From assembly GCA_951406725.2 (NCBI GenBank), contig OX597830.1, positions 56,544,001-56,608,000 on the forward strand: a stretch of DNA of 64,000 nucleotides. Direction: 5' to 3'. Source of the stretch: Octopus vulgaris (Eukaryota). Of this stretch, positions 51,510 through 64,000 are shown in pieces. The notes under the pieces are model-generated. The model ran no database searches and was not told where the DNA came from. It worked only from the letters and a program-made list of their open reading frames with translations. The position numbers and the translations under genes are program-made. How positions within the stretch are numbered: position 1 is the stretch's first letter; every line of letters starts with the position of its first letter.

Positions 51510-52304
51510 TATATGTACGTTATACATGTATGTATGTGTTTATGCATGTATATGTGTGTAAGTGTATGTGTGTGTGTGTGTGTGTCTATATATATATATG
51601 GGTGCATGTGTGTATGTAAATATACACATTTCTGTATGTACGTACAAGTTGTCTCATGAAATGCAAACGCACTGACCAGCTTCAACCGAACTCTCCCTGT
51701 GGTCCTAGAAGCACAACGTTTGAATATGATATAGAGTGGTCACGAGCACAGGCACGGGCCAAATTGCCTTGGACCTGAACGCAAGTTTGCTCGGTCAAAG
51801 CTGACCTGGGGTTAAACAACAACAACAACAACAACAAACGCATTGTGCCTAGCTAAAAGTATAACGGTGTTGCTTTATTGTGTTAGAAGGTTTTAACTAC
51901 GGGAGGGAGGGAGCGGAGGGAGAGAGAGCGGAGGAAGGGAGGGAGGGTGAGAAAGAGCAATTTTACGTTGCAACTTCATTCATTCATTCATTCAAACTTT
52001 TAACTGCAGCTTAAGGGAAGACGAGACAACGAGACGAGAAAGGCCACAGGAAGAGAATTTCTACGGCTTTCTTCTTTCGTTTGCGGCCTGCTAATAAAGT
52101 CAAGAACTAGTCTACTACCTACGCAAATACAGTGTCCAATAGAAAATGGTGAAATTTAACGCTAATCCTACCTTCATAGATGTAATCTTTTGCAACTCAA
52201 AATCAGATCAATACACCTTACTCTAATCAATCAATCAATCAATCACTTCAACAAGAAAAACAGAAAAAAAGACACAGCGAACTAGAAATCTTACATCCTT
52301 GCAC

Positions 52305-52344
<40 letters not shown>

Positions 52345-52509
52345 AGAGAGGGAGGGAGAGACAGACAGACAGGCAGCAATGTCGGGTCTGTAATAAATAT
52401 CTTGTACCTCACATTCTGTATTGTGTCCTTTTCTTGTTTTTCAACTCAAGCATGAGTGTTGACCGAAATATATTCAATACTGAGTTGGCTTCCATCCTTC
52501 GCGTGTGTG

Positions 52510-52731
52510 TAGATAGATAGATAGACAGACAGAGATAAAGATAGATAATCTATATATCTATCTTATATATAAAGATAGATAGATAGATAGATAGGTAGAT
52601 AGATAGATAGATAGGTAGGTAGGTAGATAGATAGGTAGATAGATAGATAGATAGATAGGTAGATAGATAGATAGATAGATAGATAGGTAGATAGATAGGT
52701 AGATAGATAGATAGATAGGTAGATAGATAGG

Positions 52732-52762
<31 letters not shown>

Positions 52763-52763
52763 G

Positions 52764-52802
<39 letters not shown>

Positions 52803-52921
52803 GTAGATAGATAGATAGGTAGATAGATAGATAGGTAGATAGATAGATAGGTAGATAGATAGGTAGATAGATAGATAGGTAGATAGATAGATAGGTAGAT
52901 AGATAGGTAGACAGACAGACA
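52510..52921. repeat. (GATA)n/(GGTA) microsatellite
   Basis: Seen directly. Confidence 0.97.
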
Positions 52922-53459
52922 GGACAATTTCACTTTATAAATTTAATAACTGTACCACCGATGACTGGTAAATGAAATTCGCTTGTACAACGTTCTGTGG
53001 CACAAACCAAACTGAAGATCGCTAGCCACTACATACTCTTTATTTTCTTTCTGTGGAAGAGCGTAGGCTCGAAACGTTAAAGACTTTTTCACTTCCCGAG
53101 CGTTAAACCAATACATCTGTTTGTTGTCTACACCACCTTTTTTCGCCTTTCGCTAATTCTCCCCTAAACAGTTATAATGTCTGCCCTTCTAAACATACCG
53201 ATAAATGTAGGCTTTAAATGGATAAGGAAAGGGAAAAAGAAGATAAGAAAAAACGGGAAAAGAGCAGTATAGGTTGTTGATTGGGTGGGGTCTCACATTG
53301 TAACATCTTATTTTCTGTTCTAAGGTTGTGATCGAGAGGTGCTGTGCATGTATTATCACCTATAAACATACTTAAATACACACACACAAATATTGAATAC
53401 TCATTATACATACATATCGATACATTCATCACACACACACATATATATCACATAAATAC

Positions 53460-53764
<305 letters not shown>

Positions 53765-54183
53765 TGTGAGGGCGGGTGCACACATTATTTTGTTTCGTAA
53801 ACAAGGGGAAGAATAACCCAAGCCGTGTGGCAGGGTATGATTATTTGTACAAAGTTGGTGATTCACTCCGTCGCCCGATCGATAGCATCGATCGGGCGAC
53901 GTCAGATGTATCGAGCTACAAAACTCTGAGTTAGCGACGGAGTAAAATCAAACAGCTTCGTACAAACTCTTATCTCGGTACTGAAAATATAATTTCATTA
54001 GGATATTTATTTATTTATTTATTTATTTATTTTGGTGCTGTTCTAATTATTGGTGTATATGCCTATAATCAAAAGTAAAAGAACCCTACCCTGGCAACGA
54101 GAACATAGGAATTGGAGCGCAGCTGGGTCCAACAGTCCCCGTTGTCAGCCCTTCTTTCCTTCTGTCAACAGACACACATACAT

Positions 54184-54222
<39 letters not shown>

Positions 54223-54931
54223 TATAGACACATTATGCACACGCATAAATACCCACCCCTCAAATTATGTAGTAGATAATGATGATTAATAATGGTTTCT
54301 GGTTTAGTCACAAGGCCAGAGACTCTGAGGCGGTGGGGGGGGGGCTGGGCCGGGCCGGGTCGAGTGGAGAGTGTTAGTCGAAATAAGAGTACTCGTCACT
54401 TGACTTGTACTTTTATTTCATCCATCGACCCCCCCCCCCCCGAAAGGATGAAAAAGCAAAGCTGACCCCCGCGACAGGATTTGAACTCGGAACGCAAAGA
54501 GCCGAAATAAATACCGCAAAGCAATTTTTTTTTACCCCCCCAATGTTCTAACGATTCTACCAAGGTTATGTTTGTTCGTCGTTATAACGATTCAGACGGA
54601 GAAACAGTCAGCTAAGATCTTTCACGATTATTTCTCGCCTCCGCAAATATCGATTTTATTAAGCAACGATTTCGTCGTCTCCCATTCGATACTTATCAAA
54701 CTGGAGTATATAATAATAGTGATACAGGGCTAGCAATTTTTGACGGGAGGAGATAAAGTCAATTACATCGACCCCAGCGCTCAACTAACACTTTATGCTA
54801 TTGACCCCGGAGGAGGGACGAAAGGTAAAATTGACCTCGGCGGGGGATAATAGTAGTAATAACAACAACAACGGTATCTAGTAATATTTTCTTTTATTTG
54901 CCGCAAGGTGACCGAAACACACACACACACA

Positions 54932-54984
<53 letters not shown>

Positions 54985-57900
54985 AGCTATAATTTTTTTT
55001 TAATTACAGAGGGATGGAGATAACCAGAGTAAATCTGGGCATTTCTATACAGATTACCGATCGTTGTTTATAATTAGCAAATTAAATAAATACCAGTAAT
55101 AGTAATCATTATAAACTACTTCGTTTTAAAATTGGGGGAATATTCTGTTGCCGACAATATTAGTGTTACACAATCGGATAGAAAGAGCCGGCCTAGTGAA
55201 GACAATCTGCAAAGCATCGTCAGAGAGCCATCCACACCCACTTGCCAACGTCATGAGAGAGAGAGAGAGACCTATATTGATTGAAATCTGCCAGCTAGAA
55301 TTCTACAGATTGTCAGACCAAAGTCAGATAATGGGACATGCATTTTCTCAAGCAATCTGTTGGTTAGAAGTACACAGACATTTTTTTTTTGAGATAGCTT
55401 CGTAAGTCTAAAGGATAAATGGAAAGACATTCTACAAAAGAAGGCGGTGGTGGTCTTCTCTCTCTATCTTCTTTTTCTAGCGGTGCACGCGATGCTTTTA
55501 CATATGAAAATATTATATACGTGTGTGTGTGTGTGTATACGTACGTTTTCGGAGAGTTTGGTAGATAAGTAATGCTTAAATCGCACCTTAGAATACCTGG
55601 CAAACTGAAAATGTGTATATGCGTGCAAAGAAAGCATATTCAAGCTTCTCTTTATATTTTAAATTGATCAAAAGGACATTGCTTAACGCTAAATTTCTAT
55701 AATAATTATCATCATTACGATTTCAAATTTTGGTACAGGGCCAGCAGTTTTAGGGGAAAGGGTAAGTCGACGTCATCGACCCTAATGTTTCCACTGGTAC
55801 TTATTATTATTATTGCTCCCGAAAGAATGAAAGGCGAAGTTGACCTCGGCGGGATTTGGACTCCGGCCGAGGTCAATACAAACACACACGTCTGTGTCTG
55901 CGCGTTAATTATATCCGTGTCAAGAGTTCAACTTTCGAAAACGGAATGAATAAACTTCATTGAGCAACAAATACAAAGTCATCTTTTAAAATCTTATCTT
56001 GGACATACGTGTCGTTGTAACACGCGCGCGCGCGCCTTTATGTATTGTTGTACATGTATGTAGAAGAATATATATACACATGCATAAAGAATCTATAGTT
56101 CATGGGTTACATCCAAGAATAAGCCTCAAGTATTATTTCATATGAGTAAATACATTATAATTGTATGTGTCTATGCTGTTGTACGCACGTACGTACGATA
56201 GATAGATAGATATAGATAGTTAGATATAGATAGAAATAGATAATTATAGATAGACAGAAGGATAGATAGATATATAATTATAGATAGACAGATAGAAGGA
56301 TAGATAGATAGATAGATATAGATAGATAGTTAGATATAGATAGACACATAGAAGGATAGATAAATAGATGTGTGATGTCTCAGTCAGGAGATGGTTGTGC
56401 CCCTGATTTTTTTTTTTTTTTTACGGGGCTTCCGAAGCTGGGGATAGGTATAGAAAAGTATCTTCAGCTCGGAGACCTGGGTTTGAATGCTTGCAACAGA
56501 GCGAACTCCGCTGAAGACACGCGAGGGCCAGGTGATGGTATGAAACCGGGACAAGGGTTAAGTCTAGATAAGCTTGTGTTTTCTGCAATTAAATTAATTT
56601 TTAATAAATCCCTTTCACAACATATGGAAATACGTATGTATAAGGGCTCTTATTAACGACGGGAAACAATAAGTAGAAAAAAAAAAGATTGTTACGCCAA
56701 GAAACATTAAGCATAGACAACATATACCACGTACAGGATAAACCATTAACAATTCGGCCTAATGAACGCACTCGACCTGCTAGTAAAAACGTCCAAAATC
56801 TCCCTAATATTACATCCAACTGTCTTCAGATAGGAAGGATATAATGAATAGTGCAATTCTACGTGCACCAAGTCTGAATGAAAGATATGATGTTATTAGC
56901 TGTATAATCTTTCATTATGGATCTTATCCAATGATGACTATAACCAGCGACACAACTACCAGAACTATTAGCAACTAAGAGCCAGCTTAGAGGTCTCCTA
57001 CGTGTCCGTTCGACTCGTTAGAAATAACAAACCTAATCTCCCTCAAAAAAAAAATCACCAACCACCGTCTCAAAAATACATAAATAAGTAAATGACAAAA
57101 AAAATATAATAAAAGGCACATACATTAGATAATGCATTACTAGATACGCATAAAAATACTAGAAGCTACCACACGGTTGAAAATACCTAAAAACTCAGAG
57201 TACTTGGTATAAAACATATGAGACACTCAAATGATTTCCACGTCTGGCAGAAACAAGAGCTTTTCATTTGTAGTAAGGGTGAAATGGGAGGAGGGGGGGG
57301 AATGAATGTCGTCTAACATTACATGGAAAAGAAGGAAAAAGAAACGAAAACAAATGTTAGAGGCATGTCAGAGGTAAAGAAAACTAAAGGGCTTCCGTTG
57401 TTGTTGTTGTTGTTAAAGGCAGTGGTGTTTGAACCCAAGTCGACCCTGTTCAAAGGATTTCCGCTATTGCCATCTTTTAAGGGGTGGGACTACATTACGC
57501 AACGTCGTTTGCCCATTCCAAAATGTTAGGGGTTTGATTTGAGAAAATTGGCTGCGATTTCAATCAGGTCAAGAGACCACACCGACGTTTCTGTGGAAGT
57601 GAGTAGGTGTATTATTATTACCACAATGTCAACCTAGCTGCAAAGACAATAATCGTGTATCACCTTAACGTCGAATCAATAGAAATCATTATCGCCCTCA
57701 GATGGATGAATGGCCAGGGTCGACCTGGCTTTTCATTTTATCCAAGAGCACAATAAAATTAAGTACCAATCAAGTCCCAGAGATCTGATTAAAAGCGATA
57801 ACACACCTCCGCAAAAATATGTAGCCTTGTGCCTATGTTAGAAATCGATTATATTATTTTATCGACCTCGGTGGAGTGATAAACCGGGGTCGATTCCTTT

Positions 57901-58052
57901 GGCTTTTCATCCTTCCTCCGTCTGTAAAAGATAAGTGCTTGTCATATACTGATAGGCAAACTGTTCGACATAATCGTCAATGCCTTCCTATCAACATTCG
58001 ATGTCCTGTCTCATTGTTAGAAATCATTGTTATTATTATTACTACTACTTAC

Positions 58053-58139
58053 CGTAAAGTGTATTCCTTCAACGCTCCCAACTGCAAAACATTGGTCTCC
58101 TGAATTACAGGCGCCAGTCAAAACTTGATGGCGGTTCAT
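58053..58139 (-). CDS. DMXL2: DmX-like protein / Rabconnectin-3 alpha (DMXL1/DMXL2 co-ortholog), coding exon 1
   Basis: The minus strand reads MNRHQVLTGACNSGDQCFAVGSVEGIHFT (87 nt), followed by donor GTAAGT (58052-58047). It matches the conserved DMXL N-terminus (human DMXL2 MHLHQVLTGAVNPGDNCYSVGSV.., recalled). Confidence 0.96.
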
Positions 58140-58292
58140 CTCTGTTGGTTATTTCTAATATATATTTATATATATATATATAAATATATGTTTGTGAGAG
58201 GGGAGCTATTTTACAATATCAGGTATATTCCATCAGTTCCTAATAATCCAATCTGGAAACATCGGAAAACACAATCCAGCCTTCCACCGTAA

Positions 58293-58304
58293 GCGGCCAT
58301 TTTG
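58293..58304 (-). promoter_or_regulatory. YY1-type motif CAAAATGGCCGC, probable TSS-proximal element of DMXL
   Basis: Exact CAAAATGGCCGC about 155 nt upstream of the DMXL ATG, in gene orientation, in non-repetitive CpG-retaining sequence. That the TSS lies nearby is an inference. Confidence 0.55.
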
Positions 58305-59908
58305 ATGCTGCTTCTAGTCAGAAATCTTTTAAAGCCAAACACACAGCAACAAGTTCTCAGTTTATTTTTTTTTAATCGGTATCCCACAATAAAATTTTTA
58401 AGAACGAATATATTTTTTTAAAACATTGTTTACGCTGAGTGTAATTTTAAGAGAAATAATATATACGAAAATCTCTTGATCTGTCAAAAATAAATAAATA
58501 AACAAGTACGTAATAAATTAGTAAAGGGGGATAACTCTAAAATGTTTCCTGAAATAGAATTAATTCGACTTATTTTACGTTTGTCGTCTTCGAGATTTTT
58601 CCTACTAAATGCTTCCAATGTATTCCTCACATTCCGACTGAAACAAATAATAGCCTCTATTTTTGTGCAACGAAACCTAACGGCGCCTAGAGGAGTAGAT
58701 TAAGGCGCTGAATGAATTAATAAATGTTATGTTAAAAATGTCTTGAAAATTTAGGTGACCTCAACGATGCGAAAGTCCAAATATTTATAATGGTTTTCTT
58801 TTTATATATCTTTGTATAAGAACATTTTTTGTTTTTTAGCAGATAGTACATAATCAATTAGCCTATCTTTCAGTTACTGGTGCTTATTTTACTAATTGCA
58901 CTAACATTTACACTAAGAACTTTGTAGGACGAAATTAAATGTTTATTCCATCGTTGTACCAATTTTTTTGTATAATAATTTGCATAAAATCCAGTTTAAG
59001 GAAGTGTGTGTGGATACGGATTTTAAGACTGGTAAAATTCTTTCACTATATTAATGCAACACTTTTTTCCTTTAATTTACCTTTAGAAAACTCGGCAGAT
59101 AAGCAAATTAAATCTGATGCCTACATCACCTTGTGAAAGCAAAACTTGAAGATTCTACACGTTCTTAGTCTTTCCACGAATGGTTTTACTACAAATAAAT
59201 TGTTATTACAAAAGTCGTAGTAAATTAATTAACAGAAAGAAATCTCGTTAAGCTTGAGACTAATTGTTCACATGATCATTAGATGAGTGACACTGAAACC
59301 TCTTAAAATCTTAAGGTCAGATTATGTTCATTGTTTGAAATACATTAGCCAATAGATCAAAGTTCTACAAACGTAGTATAGATAATAAATATAAATCTAT
59401 TCCTTTGTTTATTACTCTGTTTATACCCACATGATTTTTATTATGATAGTCTATGATTAGTTATGTGAATTGAAGCACGGTGCATTGGACATAAAACAAT
59501 TTATCTGCAAGATTTCAGTGTAAAAGAACATAGGTTATAAAAGCAAACAAACAGTAAGAGAATGGAAGAAAAACAGGAAAAGAAGTGATAAGTATGAATA
59601 AAGGTCTCTACACTTGCTTCATGAAACTATAGATGATGCCAGGGGAAACAAATGTTCCTCTCTAAAAATTTTTGTAACACATCAAAATATGGGGTTTATT
59701 ATTGGGAGATTGTGAGGCTGTCATGCTGAAACAACCAAGCACTCTCACAAATATTATCTGATTTTCCAGTAAGGTGAAACAATAACAGTTAACTTCCTTG
59801 AAGCCCAGCACCTCACAAGGCCCAAAACACCATTAGCCGTAGCATAACTAGAAGAGATGATAGGCATGGTCTGTTCCAACAGATGCTTTTATGAGGGAAG
59901 CACTTTAA

Positions 59909-60127
59909 CCCTTTCGTTACCATATTTATTTTGAGATATGTGTTTCGTTCAATTAATTTTAAATATAACAAAGAATTTAGTAAAATAACTGAGTTATCAT
60001 TAAGCTAGTGTTAGGAACATAAATTGTGGATAAGGTTTGGTGGAAGATTTTAATTCAAAACTTATGAAAACAAGACATTTGTACTACAGAGCCAGAGCTG
60101 GTTTCAGCCGGGTTGGTAAGGAAAGGG
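59909..60127. mobile_element. piggyBac-type MITE family 1
   Basis: TTAA|CCCTTTCGTTACC...GAAAGGG|TCAA with the same body. Confidence 0.85.
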
Positions 60128-61534
60128 TCAATGTCTAATGTATAAGTCAGGTAAATGGAAACTGAGTGGAGAAACTCTGCCAGATCAGATTGGAGCCTGG
60201 TGCAGCCATCTGGCTCGCCAGTCCTCCATCAAACAGTCCAACCCATGCCAGCATGGAAAGCGAACGTTAAACGATGATGATGACGACATATATATATAAT
60301 AACTGAAATGTATAGTATTAAATACCCATCAAGGCTGGTCTTACCAATTGGTTTTGTGTAAAGAATACAATGGAGTGTTAGGTAACAAACCAATTATATA
60401 ACTCTCTTATATGCATCTCTGATAGAAAGCAGGAGTAGTTGGGGAGCATCATAAGCATGTGTGGACAGAAATTCTTGGGAGTTTGAATAATTCACTCCTG
60501 GAAACATCATCCTTAAGCAACCCTTATTCAGAAACCTTTTGAGTAGGATGGGCTACGCAAACGGAAGAAAATTCTAACTGGTTCTCACTTGCAAGGTCAT
60601 GCACTGTTTATCTTGATTTGAGGTCACCATGTCACACACATATGGTTGTGATGTACGTGCATGGTATACTTTGTCAGACAGGTTGTGATTATGGGTATAT
60701 TGGGCTTCTTATATTTGTACCCCATCATCACTTTGATGGTGTTCATTTCTCTCTCACTCAATGATAACACTTACATATATACATACCATACATGGAATCA
60801 CTTATTGCACTAAATACATTCTTATACTACCAATAATCATGAAGCAGGGACCAGCAATGGAAATATTGTACAGAAACTAGCTCATATGATACAGATGAAT
60901 TATCTCAAGGTATTTAACCTAAGAAATAGATTTACGATGTTCCAAAGCAAAATTCTGTTCATTTCAATTGATTTGTTTCAGAACAACTTGTTTGCAGCTG
61001 GTAATAAAGCCTCTTGCACAATTCTGTTTTATCTTTCACTTGTTTCTGTCACCGAACTGCAGTCGTGCTGGGATACCACCTTGAAAAGTTTTTGTCAAAC
61101 AAATCGACTCCAGCACTTTTTTTTAAAAATCTGGTACTTATTTTGTTAGTCTCTTTTGTTGCTGAACTGCTAAGTTATGGGAACATAAATAAACCAATGC
61201 TGGTTGTCAAGTGGTGTAGTATGGACAAACAGACATAAAGACATGCACATACCCCACCACATATAAATGTATGTGTGTGTGTGTGTGTGTGCAATGGGTT
61301 TCGACAGTTTTCTTCGACCAAATTCACTCACAAGGCAGTGGTCAGTCTATGTCCAAGGTGTTATGCAGTGTGACTGAACCTGAAACTATGTGGATGCAAA
61401 GCAAACTTCTTGACCACTCAGCTGTTTCTGCTGTCATTTCTCTTTTAAGCCTATTTAAGACAAGTATCCTCTGTTGGTGTTTAGAAATGATACTGGTTAA
61501 GCATTATTGAGGTATTTTATCTATATATATATAA

Positions 61535-61853
61535 AAAATAATAATGAAATTAATTGTATACAGTGCTCAGGTGCACCACAACTTGTCAGAAAGTGCATAT
61601 AAAGTACATGCAGTAATGTAGAAATGTCTGGAAAGCGAACAATGTATGAGTCAGATACATGCTTGTGTGTGTATGGAGGGAAGAAAATCAAGTGTAGTGT
61701 TGGTGAATCTCAGGAAGCATGGAAGTTTTGAAGGATGCAGTGCTCCAACAACTAACAACTGATGCCGGCAGTTTGTTCCATGCTTCAGCAACTCTCAGCG
61801 TGAAAAAATGTTTCCTGAAGTCATGGGAGCTGTGCTGTTTTCTTACTTTGTAA
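61535..61853 (-). mobile_element. 3'-terminal fragment of a related CR1-like LINE
   Basis: Shares GTTTGTTCCATGCTTCAGCAACTCT..AAGTCATGGGAGCTGTG and TACAGTGCTCAGGTGCAC with 62495-62710, but has a longer 3' UTR. Confidence 0.8.
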
Positions 61854-61924
61854 ATATATATATTGTGTGATTATTTTCCTATGTTTAATCTTGTGATGAA
61901 AATATAATAAATAAAAACAAAATT

Positions 61925-62110
61925 GCTGGAAAAAGTTCAGGGAGGTTTTACTGCTACTGGCAATGAAGGTCTTCTCCCTCAGAATGAACAACAGATTGTA
62001 TGATGCTTGAGTTTGAGCTGTAATATGCATGGTAGTGTGATGTGACTCTTGAATACAGAAAACTTGTGAATGTGAGAAAGAAATAAAGCAAAGAATGTTC
62101 TGATAGATGT
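61925..62110 (+). mobile_element. Old RTE LINE coding remnant
   Basis: The degenerate reading resembles WKKFRE.LPLL..K..SLR...RLYDA.V..V..HGS..W.L from the RTE RT C-terminal region, with stops and frameshifts. Confidence 0.55.
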
Positions 62111-62404
62111 AAAACCAGCAGCATAGCTAAAGTGATTTTCACCCAGAGCAGCCCTTGAGTTTGCCATCTCCTGTTACTTCAATATAGTCTACCCAAAAGT
62201 CCTGCCCCCCATGAAAGTATCAACCAAGGTGGACTGGTCCCCTTCACTACTGTGTATAATATCAGTGTGCATGAATACCAAAGCAGAAATAAACTGATAG
62301 AAAAACTGGATATATATATATATATATATCATCATCATCATCATTTTCATTTTAAAATCCACTTTTCTATGTTTTCGTGATTTGGATGGAATTTGTTGAG
62401 GCAG

Positions 62405-62464
<60 letters not shown>

Positions 62465-62489
<25 letters not shown>

Positions 62490-64000
62490 AAACATTGTGT
62501 ACAGTGCTCAGGTGCACTACAACTCATCTAAAGTGTATATATAATCAGGTGTAGTTTCGGCAGATTTCGGAAAGCATGAGGGCCTTAAAGGATGCAGTGT
62601 CATGGCAGTCAATAACTGACGCAGACAGTTTGTTCCATGCTTCAGCAACTCTGAGCGTGAAAAAATGTTTCCGAAAGTCATGGGAGCTGTGTTGTTTTCT
62701 GACTTTGTAGTCATGTTAGACACATGAAGATCAAAAAGGTGTTCAGTGTTGTTGTTGGTGAGGCGGTTGATAACTTTGTGGGTGTTTACCAAGTCCATCG
62801 CCGGCCGGAGCTTCAGTGAATCCATGCCCAGGGAAACAAGGCGCTCAGAGTATGGTAGGTATCTGATGGAGGGTATGCATTTGATTGCACGTCTCTGAAC
62901 AGATTCCAGGAGGTCAATGTTCTGAGCAAGATAGGGGTTCCAAACTGATGATGTGAATTCCAAGTGTGGTCGTACCATAGCTGTATACAGTTTTAAATAG
63001 ATGGCTGGAGAGCAGCTAACAAAAGTCTTGCTGAGTGATGCCAAGACACCCTCAGCCTTCTTGACAATTTTAGAGATATGCTTTGTCCAACGCAAATCAC
63101 TGCTGACAGTGATGCCTAGGTCACGCTCGCAAGAGGATTTCTTGATATCAGTGTTGTGGAGGGAGTATGTGGACGCAGGGTTTTTCTCCCAAAATGCATG
63201 GTGGTACACTTGTCCACAGCCAGTTTCAGTTGCCAGTCTGTGATCCATTGCTGCATTGTGTCCAGGTCTGATTGCAGGAAAGAGCTGTAGACAACAGGAT
63301 CTGTCCTCTTGATTTCAAGGTACAGTTTGATGTCGTCTGCATATTTCAATACTGTGGCATTCTTTAAATTGGCATCTATGTCATTAATGTATGCCACAAA
63401 CAAGAGGGGACCAAGGACAGATCCCTGTGGTACACCCGATGACATCTCATATGGTGTAGAATGCTGTCCTAGAACTGTGACTACCTCCTTTCGGCTGAGA
63501 ATGAAGGATTTCAACCAGTTAAAAAGATCATCCCTCACACCCATTGCAGAGAGTTTCACCATAAGCCTTTTGTGTGGCACAGAGTTGAAAGCCTTAGCAA
63601 AGTCAAGGTAGACAACATCCACCCATGAGCCACTGTCAGTGATCTGAGTAATGTCCTCAAGGAACTTGACAAGCTGATCACTGCAGCTGGAGTTAGGGAC
63701 AAATCCATATTGTGAGGGTCGGATGAGACTGTGTGAGCTCCAGAAGTTCCAAAGTGTTTCTCTGACACACGATTCCATCAGTTTTGCAATACAGCTAGTG
63801 AGACTGACTGGGCGATAGTTGACAGGTGATGTGCAGTCGCCCTTTTTGAACAGAGGAATGACACTGGCAGTTTTCCACTAAAAAACTGGTGTAAAAGGAA
63901 GTACCTGCCACGTTTGAGAAGCAGGTATGTAACTCCATCAAGACCAGGGGAGGCATAGTTGCACTTATTTTGAAGGTGACATTGCAGCATTGCAGGTGTA
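62465..64000 (-). mobile_element. CR1/L2-group LINE, frameshifted RT and 3' UTR; runs off the window end
   Basis: Overlapping minus ORFs contain YRPVSLTS (near 63800-63820), QYGF, VYLDFAKAF, SGVPQGSVLGPLLF, YADDIKLY, RDLGI and VRPHLEF..VWNP. Short 3' UTR ending in a (TTA)n tail. Confidence 0.93.

Overview
Eukaryotic, AT-rich, repeat-dense DNA. The SINE/RTE/microsatellite repertoire looks like an Octopus (coleoid cephalopod) genome, which is an inference. The only host gene I can support is the 5' end of a DmX-like / Rabconnectin-3 alpha gene (DMXL1/DMXL2 co-ortholog) on the minus strand. Its coding exons are 1 (58053-58139), 2 (13897-14022) and 3 (8955-9026), all with GT-AG phase-0 junctions and a 44 kb first intron. 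The ORF track misses these exons, and exon 4 was not found, so it probably lies left of base 1. The rest is intronic or upstream sequence filled with tRNA-derived and Nin-type SINEs, RTE and CR1-like LINE fragments, an internally deleted mariner, piggyBac-, pogo- and hAT-type MITEs, three non-autonomous Helitrons, fold-back repeats and microsatellites. The most notable observations are: a 5S rRNA fused to an RTE 3' tail (50508-50674); palindromic repeats carrying minimal hammerhead-ribozyme-like cores (6896-7063 and others); evidence that the commonest 'SINE-like' repeat is an RTE LINE 3' UTR; a YY1-initiated uORF before DMXL; a candidate in-frame cassette exon; and a nested inverted repeat in the CpG-retaining promoter-proximal intron. 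I see no evidence of a new multi-gene system. Repeat family assignments are by eye and repeat boundaries are approximate.
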